Assembly (NCBI GenBank): GCA_946965045.2
Contig: OX337228.1
Span: 4,464,001-4,528,000, forward strand
DNA: 64,000 nucleotides
Source of the DNA: Epithemia pelagica
Taxonomy: Eukaryota; Protista; Bacillariophyta
Direction of reading: 5' to 3'
The notes under the pieces are model-generated. The model was not told where the DNA came from and did no database searches. It saw only the letters and a program-made list of their open reading frames with translations. Shown one piece after another: positions 9,828 to 18,819 of this stretch; the stretch's first letter is position 1, and each line of letters starts with the position of its first letter. Both the position numbers and the translations under genes were made by a program.

Positions 9828-11426
9828 TCAAGTTCCCAGCATTATTTCGTAAAGACTATTTGTTGTCGTTTTCGCTTCGTCCACCAGTGTCCAACGATCA
9901 CGCAAAATCTTGTCGACGTTTTCGCGCAAGATGTCTTCGCTTGGTCCTTGAAAGGATGTCCCAACCACAACCTTGCGTCCCCGTGGGTTGGACGGGACAA
10001 GCGACAGTTTCATGTTTTGTTTCCTCAAATCCAAAGGACTAAAGACACCTTCCAATGCCCGGGAAGATGAGTATAGTACAATGGATCCTGTTGTTTTATC
10101 ACCTGGACTTAGTTCCACCTCCACCCCCCGACGACCGCCATCTGCGTCTTCCATTGGCTGCATGTCAAATGAGTGTTGCAATACCAAACAAAGTAGTGGT
10201 TTGTGCATGTTGCCCGTGGTAGGACGTATTCCAGCATCTAAACAGATGGTGAACCAGATAGCGAGCCATACTTTGGCCCATCCATGGCCTCGCTCGTCAG
10301 GGGTGACCCACTGTCCCAGAAACTGACTCACAGACATTGCTTTGTCGTCACTACGCGTATTGATCATAATTAAGTATCCGAGTTTCTTGTCCCTTGTTCC
10401 GCTGCCTTGTCGATAAAAATTCAATCGCATTCCGTTGGTGGCAGGGTTCCGATTGGGCGAGAGACCAACGATAATAGGATTTTCTTCTCCTTCCACCACG
10501 AATTGTCCGAGTTTCCAGTAGGCTGATTTTCCTCGTCCCACCTTGGGCAACTTCCATTTTTGAAAATCGGCAAATTCACGTGATTGCGATTGCACATCAA
10601 TCTGGTCGCCCAACTTATCCACAACAATCGCCCGTGCGGCCTCTTTTCCTGCAACAGCCGAAGCTATCCGATTATACGTGTCCTTGTTAGGTACTATTTC
10701 TGGACGGCCGCCTTGGGCCATTTCATGAACGAGACGACAGCTTTCCTCAATCTGATCATTACCAAGAAGCGCAGACAAGGTGTTGTGGTAACTAGTTCGA
10801 TCAGGTTGAATATTCCATTTGTAGGTCATGGCTTGAAGCAGAGCCAGAGCTTCGGTTCCTCTACGTTCTTTGGCCAAAGCTGTCAAAACTGCGTTCATAG
10901 TAACGGTTGTGACCAAATGTGGCGGCATTATAGACAGCACATATAATGCTCCTTTCCAATGCTTGCAGTTCCCACAGGCAGCAATGGCTGAGTTGTATGG
11001 CCCGGACGTTGCACATTCATAACGATCAGTCTTGTCTCTTTCTTTTAGATCATCTTCTTTTAAAGCTGGTAACAAAAGCTCCAGGGCATCCGCGAGTCTC
11101 CCATTCTGTCCACAAATGGAAATGGTCCTAGCACGACAAATATCTGAGTCTGGTATTTGATCCAGTATTTCCAAGGCCGCAGTTGAATTTTTTAGCCTAC
11201 CGCATGTTGTCAATGCTTCGGCAAACACTTGCTCGTCATGGGGCGTCGTTGAAGACAAGGATGGATACTCTGTGTGCAAAATGGTCATGACTTGCTCGCA
11301 AGTTGTGCAGCGTTGGATTCTTCGAATCAAGACAAACGGGTTCGTTGTTGGAATAGAAGGTGGGTTGGTAGCTACTAGTAAAAAGACAAAAGACAAGACC
11401 GGATTTTCCCTTGGGAGAAGGAACAT
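9828..11426 (-). CDS. Pentatricopeptide-repeat (PPR) protein with a C-terminal GNAT-like domain
   Basis: PPR motifs YNSAIAACGNCKHWKGALYVLSIM, TMNAVLTALAKERRGTEALALLQAM and PDRTSYHNTLSALLGNDQIEESCRLVHEM. C-terminal FLGQWVTPDERGHGWAK matches the GNAT acetyl-CoA-binding motif A. Hydrophobic N-terminus. Confidence 0.8.
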   Translation of the reverse strand: MFLLPRENPVLSFVFLLVATNPPSIPTTNPFVLIRRIQRCTTCEQVMTILHTEYPSLSSTTPHDEQVFAEALTTCGRLKNSTAALEILDQIPDSDICRARTISICGQNGRLADALELLLPALKEDDLKERDKTDRYECATSGPYNSAIAACGNCKHWKGALYVLSIMPPHLVTTVTMNAVLTALAKERRGTEALALLQAMTYKWNIQPDRTSYHNTLSALLGNDQIEESCRLVHEMAQGGRPEIVPNKDTYNRIASAVAGKEAARAIVVDKLGDQIDVQSQSREFADFQKWKLPKVGRGKSAYWKLGQFVVEGEENPIIVGLSPNRNPATNGMRLNFYRQGSGTRDKKLGYLIMINTRSDDKAMSVSQFLGQWVTPDERGHGWAKVWLAIWFTICLDAGIRPTTGNMHKPLLCLVLQHSFDMQPMEDADGGRRGVEVELSPGDKTTGSIVLYSSSRALEGVFSPLDLRKQNMKLSLVPSNPRGRKVVVGTSFQGPSEDILRENVDKILRDRWTLVDEAKTTTNSLYEIMLGT

Positions 11427-11815
11427 TCCAATGTCCTTAGTCCTAACCGAATCATTCGTTACAGGAAGTCGACGAATACGGCATCATGGATCATGGTCTC
11501 TTGATTGGCATGTAAGAAGGAAGGAAGTATCAGGTTATGGGCTGTCCCCGAGAAAGACCCCCCAGACACAACAGACACAGACGCGCACCACGCACCACTT
11601 ACACGTGTAGTCGCATTTCCCACTCCAACACCGACTCCCATTCCATATCTTCACAAAGATTCCGTCGAGATCCAACATCGCGAGGTGACACTGTCCGACA
11701 TCACAAGTGTATACTTCATACATCACGCATAAAGCACCAAGACGTGCCAAGTTTGCGACAAACAAAAGTCGTCCGAAAGTCATCTGAACAGACCACAGAC
11801 AATCCGACTGAAGCC

Positions 11816-13108
11816 ATGAGATGCTTGTATAGTTCCCGAGGCGTCTCGTGGCTGCTTCTGGGTGTCTCAGTCGTTACGGCCATTGTCCCTTCGTCGTCCT
11901 GTTCACCGACGATGGTGGTTTCGACTGGATTGCGGAACCTGGGCAACACATGTTACCTCAATGCACAGCTTCAATGCGCCTTTCACATTCCTCTTATTCG
12001 CGATCTTGTACTATCTGGTGGGGAGGCTCCTGTGCCATTGGATGATTCTGATAAAGAACATTCTCCATTTGATAGCCTAACCCACGAGGACGAAGCAGAG
12101 GATGCGACATACACTACCCTTGAAAGGAAAGTTCCAATAAGTCCTGGTTTATTGGCGTTGAAACAAGTATTTCGTGAAATGTTGGATGCGAGTAACACAC
12201 AAAGTGGACCTGTCTCGCCACGTAATCTAGCCCTCTCTTTGGGTATTCCCGTTTGGCAACAGCAAGATTCGCAAGAGTTTTGGAAGCTCTTCTTACCAGC
12301 ACTTCAATTGCCGGCCTTGGCGTACCTATACCAAGGTTCATTTGAAGATTATATTTCTGCCTTGGACGGCTCTCAGCGTGAACGAAGACGACAGGAGGAA
12401 TTTTTGGATTTGTCCTTGGATGTTCAGGGCACCAATCCCTCCGTCAGTTCGTCCTTGAAACAACTGTTTGGGGAACCAGAACTGTTGAGTGTCGCCGAAG
12501 GCAATGGATGGCGACCCGAAAAGGGCGCTGACAAGGTGAATGCTCACAAGGGGTCACTCCTGCGACCACAAGGCTTGCCATCGATTTTACAATTGCATCT
12601 CAAGAGATTTAACTACGACTGGAACCGCGACGTCATGGAAAAACTAAATGGACCGTTGTCGTTTTCATCTCTACTCGACTTGTCTGGAATCGCGGCAAAC
12701 GACGACGAAGAGCCCGCGACGGATGAAAGAAAGAAGGACACTCTTCTCTATGATTTGCAAGCAGTGGTCGTACATGCGGGAGAATTTGGCAGCGGACATT
12801 ATTATGCTTACGTAAGACCGAGTATGAATGAAAGAGATACCTGGTATCGATTCAATGATGACAGTGTTACAAAAGTGTCGTTCGAGGACGTGCTAATCGA
12901 TGCCACGGGAGGAAAAGTCAAACTGGGATCGTCCGACAGTACAAGCAACAACACGAGAGGCTTCTGGAGTCGTATTCGTGCATCCTTTCGACCAAGACCA
13001 TCGTCCTCCTTTGGTTTTGGGGGTCAAACCAGTAATGCTTACGTACTGCAGTATGTACAACGGTCGGCCATACCATCACTCTATGCCGGAGACAGCGCGC
13101 AAGTCTGA
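11816..13108 (+). CDS. Ubiquitin-specific protease (peptidase C19) with an N-terminal signal peptide
   Basis: Cys box GLRNLGNTCYLNAQLQC, QQQDSQEF, LHLKRF, His box VVHAGEFGSGHYYAY, WYRFNDD. ATG 11816 gives MRCLYSSRGVSWLLLGVSVVTA. Confidence 0.92.
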   Translation: MRCLYSSRGVSWLLLGVSVVTAIVPSSSCSPTMVVSTGLRNLGNTCYLNAQLQCAFHIPLIRDLVLSGGEAPVPLDDSDKEHSPFDSLTHEDEAEDATYTTLERKVPISPGLLALKQVFREMLDASNTQSGPVSPRNLALSLGIPVWQQQDSQEFWKLFLPALQLPALAYLYQGSFEDYISALDGSQRERRRQEEFLDLSLDVQGTNPSVSSSLKQLFGEPELLSVAEGNGWRPEKGADKVNAHKGSLLRPQGLPSILQLHLKRFNYDWNRDVMEKLNGPLSFSSLLDLSGIAANDDEEPATDERKKDTLLYDLQAVVVHAGEFGSGHYYAYVRPSMNERDTWYRFNDDSVTKVSFEDVLIDATGGKVKLGSSDSTSNNTRGFWSRIRASFRPRPSSSFGFGGQTSNAYVLQYVQRSAIPSLYAGDSAQV

Positions 13109-13170
13109 ATAGCAGCAGGAAGGGAGAACCAGACGATGACCAAAATTACACTTCTGGAAACCATGTCAAT

Positions 13171-14691
13171 TCATGGGACCACAGGTTCGGCAAATAATTC
13201 CGGAATTTCCGATTGACTTTGTGGGTAAACGGTTTGGACAATCCTTTTCATGTCGTCGGCCAAAGGCGCGGTAAAGACCATGTGTTGGCCGGTCACGGGA
13301 TGATTCAGCTCTAGACGATATGCATGCAATAATGGTCGTTCAATTTGATAGGTACTTGCCAGTCGACGATTCCAATCCGTAAGCCCATAGACGTCGTCTC
13401 CATAAATGGGCGTGTGTCGATCTTGCAAATGGACCCGGATTTGATGTGTGCGTCCCGTTTCGATTCTTACTTGGACCACTGAAAGCTTCCCATCAAAGGC
13501 CAAAGTGTCGACAAAGGACAAGGCGCGACGTCCGGTTTGTGGTGTCAATAGAGGCTTGAATCCGTCACTTGAGTGTTTGTGTGGATCCGGAACCACCCTC
13601 ATTCGTTGTCTATGAATGGGATGTCGTTCCATGGGCTTATCAATCACCACATTGCGTCCAGGATTGCCTACCGTAATCGCCATGTAGGTCTTTTTGACTT
13701 GCCGCTGGGCAAAGGCGGCTGATAGGGCAGCGTGGGCAGTAGCTGTTTTGGCAACCACGAGAACTCCGGTCGTTCCCTTGTCCAATCGATGTACAATACC
13801 GGGACGAAAGTGGACCATTTCACCCGCATCTCCTCCGATGGATTGGTTTGGCTCATTTTCTGCAATGTCATCCATTGCTTTGTCGTCGTGGTCCTGTTGA
13901 TACAAATCTCCTGGTCCATGTTGGGTGTTGTGCTTAAGATAAAAGGCCAATGCATTGACAATGGTTCCGTCCCAGTTGCCGGCTGCGGGATGGACCACCA
14001 TATGAGCGGCCTTGTTCAAGACAACCATGTGATTATCTTCATATAGAATATCCAAGGCAATATCTTGTGCTACAATGTCCGTGGGAAGGTCCGGCGGGGG
14101 TATGCGTACCTCCAGTTTTTGTCCCAGCGCGACCTTGAAGGATTTTTTGGTCACAATCATTCGTGATGGACTATCCATAGCAATCTGGTGGGACTCTGTC
14201 TCTGGATCAAGCGGAATGTCGTCGTCGTCGTCGTCGTTGGTTGGCTCTACAATGGCAACTCGACCGCCGGTCAAGAGGATTCCACAAAAGGACCTTGAAT
14301 AATCGGGTTCCAACAAGAGTGCCAACACGGCATCAATTCGTTTATCAGCCATTTGTGGTGTAATGACAAAGGTTTTGAGTTCTTCCTCCCTTGTGTTGCT
14401 GGCTGTTTCATCACTCTCATCGTCATCGGCCTCCAATGGTTCTTCTGGTTGGTTCTGGAGTTGGGATTCAAATTCTTCAATGGCATCCAAATCAAAAAAT
14501 GAAGATGGTTTCGGTTTCGCTTCGAGCATCCAAGAGAAAGATGAAGAAGAGAGAAAGGCATTGGTTTTCGGCCTCCTGCACTGAGCGGTCAGTATAGCTT
14601 GTTGTGTCCTCCCAGGCACTCCCAGGTCAAAGCAGGCAACTGAGCGAATGGCTACAAGTACAAGAATCATTATCACAAGTTGCCACTCCAT
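13171..14691 (-). CDS. RluA/RluD-family RNA pseudouridine synthase with S4 domain, probably plastid-targeted
   Basis: KRIDAVLA (S4), ILYEDNHMVVLNKAAHMVVHP, catalytic HRLDKGTTG, TGRTHQIRVH, PIYGDDVYG, LHAYRL. Start MEWQLVIMILVLVAIRSVAC|F has a signal peptide followed by Phe. Confidence 0.92.
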   Translation of the reverse strand: MEWQLVIMILVLVAIRSVACFDLGVPGRTQQAILTAQCRRPKTNAFLSSSSFSWMLEAKPKPSSFFDLDAIEEFESQLQNQPEEPLEADDDESDETASNTREEELKTFVITPQMADKRIDAVLALLLEPDYSRSFCGILLTGGRVAIVEPTNDDDDDDIPLDPETESHQIAMDSPSRMIVTKKSFKVALGQKLEVRIPPPDLPTDIVAQDIALDILYEDNHMVVLNKAAHMVVHPAAGNWDGTIVNALAFYLKHNTQHGPGDLYQQDHDDKAMDDIAENEPNQSIGGDAGEMVHFRPGIVHRLDKGTTGVLVVAKTATAHAALSAAFAQRQVKKTYMAITVGNPGRNVVIDKPMERHPIHRQRMRVVPDPHKHSSDGFKPLLTPQTGRRALSFVDTLAFDGKLSVVQVRIETGRTHQIRVHLQDRHTPIYGDDVYGLTDWNRRLASTYQIERPLLHAYRLELNHPVTGQHMVFTAPLADDMKRIVQTVYPQSQSEIPELFAEPVVP

Positions 14692-14882
14692 ACTGATGTT
14701 CTTGTATATTGTCAAGGGTTGAGGCGGTGCTGTTTGTTCGGGTCGACGGAGGAGTGACGACCACCTCCTTATTGCCGTTGTCGTCGTGTTCTGATGGTCG
14801 TTCGAGGATAGAGAAAATAGAATGGAGCGATGGTCAATAAATGTCGGGCTCATTACCTGAATGATTCGCTGTGATTTTTCCC

Positions 14883-14915
14883 GGGGGAAGGGGGACCGGG
14901 ACCGGGGACCGGGGG
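14883..14915 (+). other. G-quadruplex-forming motif in a divergent promoter
   Basis: GGGGG AA GGGGG ACC GGG ACC GGGG ACC GGGGG: five G-runs with 2-3 nt loops. Confidence 0.7.
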
Positions 14916-15065
14916 CTGATCCTCATCAGCAGTAAGAATATTTTGTCATAGAAATGTATGCTTTGATAAGAACTTTAGACGCTAGAGAGAGTTGGATGGA
15001 GCCTCAATGCCCTGCGACTGCGATCGGGGATTTTTTGTTTTTTTGTTCATCTCTTTCTCGTGACA

Positions 15066-17432
15066 ATGACATCCATATTGAAAGACCATTCTTCCGTCTT
15101 TGATCCTCCTCAAGACACATGTGTCTCGAATTCTCCTCAGCTTCGACCCCCAAAGAAGATCACAATATGGGAGGACCGCGATGACGAGCCGCCGATTCCT
15201 CCCGTCTCCACGACAAGCATGGGAGAACAACAACAGCATCCCTTTCGCATTGCCGTGGACTCATTCTTGCAGTTGCAGAAACGCGACAATGATCCAAACA
15301 GGATCCACTCTGTTTCCGATGGCTCGACTGAGAGCTTACCCGAGCGTCTGGGGCGGTTGACACTGGTATTGCAGAACACCGAGACGTCGGCCTTATTGCA
15401 CTACCACTTTGGAAGGACGCCGTTGGAATCCAAACGCATTGCTCTTTCGGCCTGTACGCTAGCCACCATTTCCCAATCTCCTCGAACTGCCAAGGAATTT
15501 TATCAGAGCTTTTCTTCCTTTTTCCGACAAGAAATGGACCATTACATGATGAACCACCACAATGACAATGAAAATCTGCCCATGAGTTGGCAAGAGTCGT
15601 TGCGTTGCTTGGGATGGTTACACAAAAAGAATGGGTTGTTGCGACAATCGTTGGACGAAGCGATTCATGAAACGATTCTTTGTCATGTTCGAGAAACGAT
15701 TGAGTCCGACTATGAAACTCAATTCTATGACGAACTGCAGCACTGGCAAGACGAGATTGTTCGAGGCTGGTTGCAATCTACTTTGCTCGACGAAGAAGCA
15801 CTGGATACATCCATGATGGTTGCCCGTGCCTTTGTCACTGTTCGCATGGGAGAAATATTTGACATGGTAGGAGAGTATCCTGATTCCATGGTGGCCATTG
15901 AAGAGTTACAACGAGTATTGAACATTACACATATGCATGGGCAAGTTGCCGATGCCCTTCGCGATACGCTGATTCGTCGCTTGAATCATCCAGGTGCGAA
16001 TACGTTGCAAATCATTGATGTATACATCAATACCATTAAAGTACTACGCATCCTGGATCCCACAGATCAGCTTCTATCACGAGTCGCTGAACCTGTGCGA
16101 CAATATTTACAAGGGCGGCAAGATACTGTTCGCTGCATTATTGCCAGTCTCACTAATGCCGAGCAAGGAGGTGATTTGTACGAAGAACTGAAACGACAGG
16201 ATGCCAAGCCATTAGAAGATGTCTCCCTTGATTCCGACGATGAGGGTGACTGTCTGCCGGATTATTTTCGTGAACCATGGCAACCGCCTCCATCTATTCA
16301 TCAAACACATCCGTCCTTTCTTGAAGAATGTGGTCCATCAGGCAGTTCGGGAAAGAGCGGTGACATATTGGCCATGTTGGTGAGCATATATGGTAGCAAA
16401 GAGCTGTTCGTCAATGAGTACAGACTCATGCTAGCCGACAAACTGCTTTCGAGTACAACTGATTACAATACGGACCAGCAAGTACATACTCTCGAACTAC
16501 TGAAACTCCGGTTTGGCGAAATGAGTATGCGTGCCTGCGAAATTATGCTAAAAGACATTAACGACAGCAAACGGATCAACACCAACATTGGATCCAAATT
16601 ACCCGACAATGTCGTTGATGCTATCATGATATCTCATATTTTCTGGCCCACGCTGCAGAAAGAACCAACTTCATTGACGCACCATCCTCGAGTCCAAGAC
16701 ATGCTCGAAGATTTTGGTAAGGAATATGCACATCTCAAGAATCCTAGAAAGTTGGATTGGCTTTATCCCCTTGGAACGGTTCAACTCGAACTAGACGTTC
16801 ACGATGGTGGAAAAACCGTCACCAAGTCCTTTGAGTGTTCGCCAATACTGGCCTCAATTATCCTTTTCTTCAGCGATCGACCGCAATGGACGGCCGAGGA
16901 ACTGTCGGACGAAACTGGAATTCCTCTTCATTCGATTCAAAAGCAAATAGGATTCTGGATCAGCCATCGAGTCGTAAAGACGATCACTTTACCAATGCAT
17001 CATGAGAGCGACAACACAACGACAAAAAGTAAACTTGGTCAATTGGCCTATGTGTTGGCGGGATGTCGTCCGGACGACTCGACCAACAGTGCCACATCGA
17101 TGATAGGATCCAGCGACGTGCATCAGGACGACCATCACCTCTTATCCCATGATGGTGATTTGGCGGCTGGGACAAGTGGTTCAGTTTCATTTGCAGCCTA
17201 TGAAGAAGAAGAAATGGCGGTCTTTACATCTTACATTGTTGGAATGTTGACCAACCTTGGTCAGTTGCCTCTCAAGACAATTCACAACAATTTGAAGACC
17301 TTCGTCACCGGTTCTGATGTCAAGTACACCAAAACAGCTCCGCAGCTTTCGGCTTTTCTACAACATCTGTGTCGACAGGAAACTCTGGAATGCGGGCCAG
17401 ATGGCATGTACAAGATATTAAAGAAGTCTTAA
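15066..17432 (+). CDS. APC2: Anaphase-promoting complex subunit 2 (cullin-homology)
   Basis: RRLNHPGANTLQIIDVYINTIK, DILAMLVSIYGSKELFVNEYRLMLADKLL, LELLKLRFGE..MRACEIMLKDINDSKRIN, ISHIFWP, and a C-terminal winged-helix YIVGMLTNLGQLPL. Confidence 0.93.
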   Translation: MTSILKDHSSVFDPPQDTCVSNSPQLRPPKKITIWEDRDDEPPIPPVSTTSMGEQQQHPFRIAVDSFLQLQKRDNDPNRIHSVSDGSTESLPERLGRLTLVLQNTETSALLHYHFGRTPLESKRIALSACTLATISQSPRTAKEFYQSFSSFFRQEMDHYMMNHHNDNENLPMSWQESLRCLGWLHKKNGLLRQSLDEAIHETILCHVRETIESDYETQFYDELQHWQDEIVRGWLQSTLLDEEALDTSMMVARAFVTVRMGEIFDMVGEYPDSMVAIEELQRVLNITHMHGQVADALRDTLIRRLNHPGANTLQIIDVYINTIKVLRILDPTDQLLSRVAEPVRQYLQGRQDTVRCIIASLTNAEQGGDLYEELKRQDAKPLEDVSLDSDDEGDCLPDYFREPWQPPPSIHQTHPSFLEECGPSGSSGKSGDILAMLVSIYGSKELFVNEYRLMLADKLLSSTTDYNTDQQVHTLELLKLRFGEMSMRACEIMLKDINDSKRINTNIGSKLPDNVVDAIMISHIFWPTLQKEPTSLTHHPRVQDMLEDFGKEYAHLKNPRKLDWLYPLGTVQLELDVHDGGKTVTKSFECSPILASIILFFSDRPQWTAEELSDETGIPLHSIQKQIGFWISHRVVKTITLPMHHESDNTTTKSKLGQLAYVLAGCRPDDSTNSATSMIGSSDVHQDDHHLLSHDGDLAAGTSGSVSFAAYEEEEMAVFTSYIVGMLTNLGQLPLKTIHNNLKTFVTGSDVKYTKTAPQLSAFLQHLCRQETLECGPDGMYKILKKS

Positions 17433-17509
17433 GACGCTTCCGTTGGGAGGGTTTCAATTTTAGCGTCAGAGGGAAGAAAGATGGTCTGGATAGGAACTCA
17501 TTACTAATA

Positions 17510-18502
17510 TTATGTAAGACTCCCATCTGTCTTGCCCAATATTCTCGCCAACATGGCGTCTTGTACTTTGTCGTACATCTGGAACGCACCAAGCTGGTCC
17601 AGATTCGACAGACTTTGTTCGTTAAGTCCACCAGGAGTTTGCTCCTCGATCAGTTCTTCAAACGCTTCAGGTTGAGCGCACCGGTTTTCAGCATCCAACA
17701 TCATGGCGTGATACTGTCGACCCACCAAGAAGCTAGCCTTTTCAATGGGAATGCCCTGTCGGACTAACCAGTCTCGATTATTTTTCAGAATCCCATACAA
17801 ACTGCCCATCAAACCACTGGGGACCATCATAATGCTCATTTCTTTTTCTGTCTCTGCTTCTACAACGCCACCTAAGGACTCCAGTAAGTTACGTAGGGTT
17901 CCGTGGCCACTACCGCCTGTTTGTGAGGCAATCGGAGGAGTTACAAGACAAACTCCATCATGTGTGGCAACAGCTGGGAGACAAATCATTTTGTAGATTG
18001 AATGTATAGGGAGACGTGAATCTGTTGATAATTCATCGATCTTGCTTGTTGAAACCAGTGACACCAGAACGTGCCTACTATGATTAAACTTCAGAGCATC
18101 GAGGACCTCCTTGGTCTGTTGGGGAAGTACTGTCAAGAATATGATATCAGCGTCGTCCACAACAGATTGGTTGTCATCATAAACTGTCACTCGGTTAGGA
18201 AACTTTTCAACAAGATCTCTTGATTTCGCCTCTGATCTCCTGGAAACGGCAATCCGATTGACTTGAGTGGAAGATTGAGTAACAAAGCCGGTGACAATCG
18301 CCGAAGCAATTGTTCCAGTGCCAATAAACCCGATATCAACTGAACGAGGATTCTCCTTCAGTGCAGATTCCGCAAAACTCATGGTTCTGAAGCGGTTTAT
18401 CAATCGATTCGACAGAGGAAACGGCCTCGAGTACACTGCAAAGCCTGCAATTATTCCGCTTGTGCTCAAGATCCAGTGCAACGCCAAAAGATTCCGCAAC
18501 AT
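17510..18502 (-). CDS. Pyrroline-5-carboxylate reductase-like NAD(P)-binding oxidoreductase, probably plastid-targeted
   Basis: Rossmann motif IGFIGTGTIASAIVTG, DIIFLTVLP and C-terminal EQTPGGLNEQ. N-terminus MLRNLLALHWILSTSGIIAG|F is bipartite-like. Confidence 0.8.
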   Translation of the reverse strand: MLRNLLALHWILSTSGIIAGFAVYSRPFPLSNRLINRFRTMSFAESALKENPRSVDIGFIGTGTIASAIVTGFVTQSSTQVNRIAVSRRSEAKSRDLVEKFPNRVTVYDDNQSVVDDADIIFLTVLPQQTKEVLDALKFNHSRHVLVSLVSTSKIDELSTDSRLPIHSIYKMICLPAVATHDGVCLVTPPIASQTGGSGHGTLRNLLESLGGVVEAETEKEMSIMMVPSGLMGSLYGILKNNRDWLVRQGIPIEKASFLVGRQYHAMMLDAENRCAQPEAFEELIEEQTPGGLNEQSLSNLDQLGAFQMYDKVQDAMLARILGKTDGSLT

Positions 18503-18819
18503 GACCAACGAGACGGTCAACTCAAATGTTGGACGCGAAGGGTTCACCCCATGACGGATTCTGTTTTAATGATGGGTTATGGGCTCAGACTCTGTGGTTG
18601 TGGTCAGTGTTCTACTCCAAGGCACCACGGCTAGGGGTTCACAAGTCACAAGAGGAGTTCATAGTCATAGCAGTAGGTAGACCTTCGGAGTCATATTTTT
18701 TTGTCTTCGCACTACAAAGAAGATGACTTAACACTCTCTTTATGATGAGAGCGATTATTCTTCAGGGAAACTAAAGTGGCGAGAATCTCAAGATGATGCA
18801 GGGATTCGATGACAGAGGT

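Noticed and set aside
11537-11815. In-frame 93-codon upstream extension of the USP ORF
   Set aside because: Low-information sequence lying in the divergent promoter; the Met at 11816 gives a clean signal peptide.
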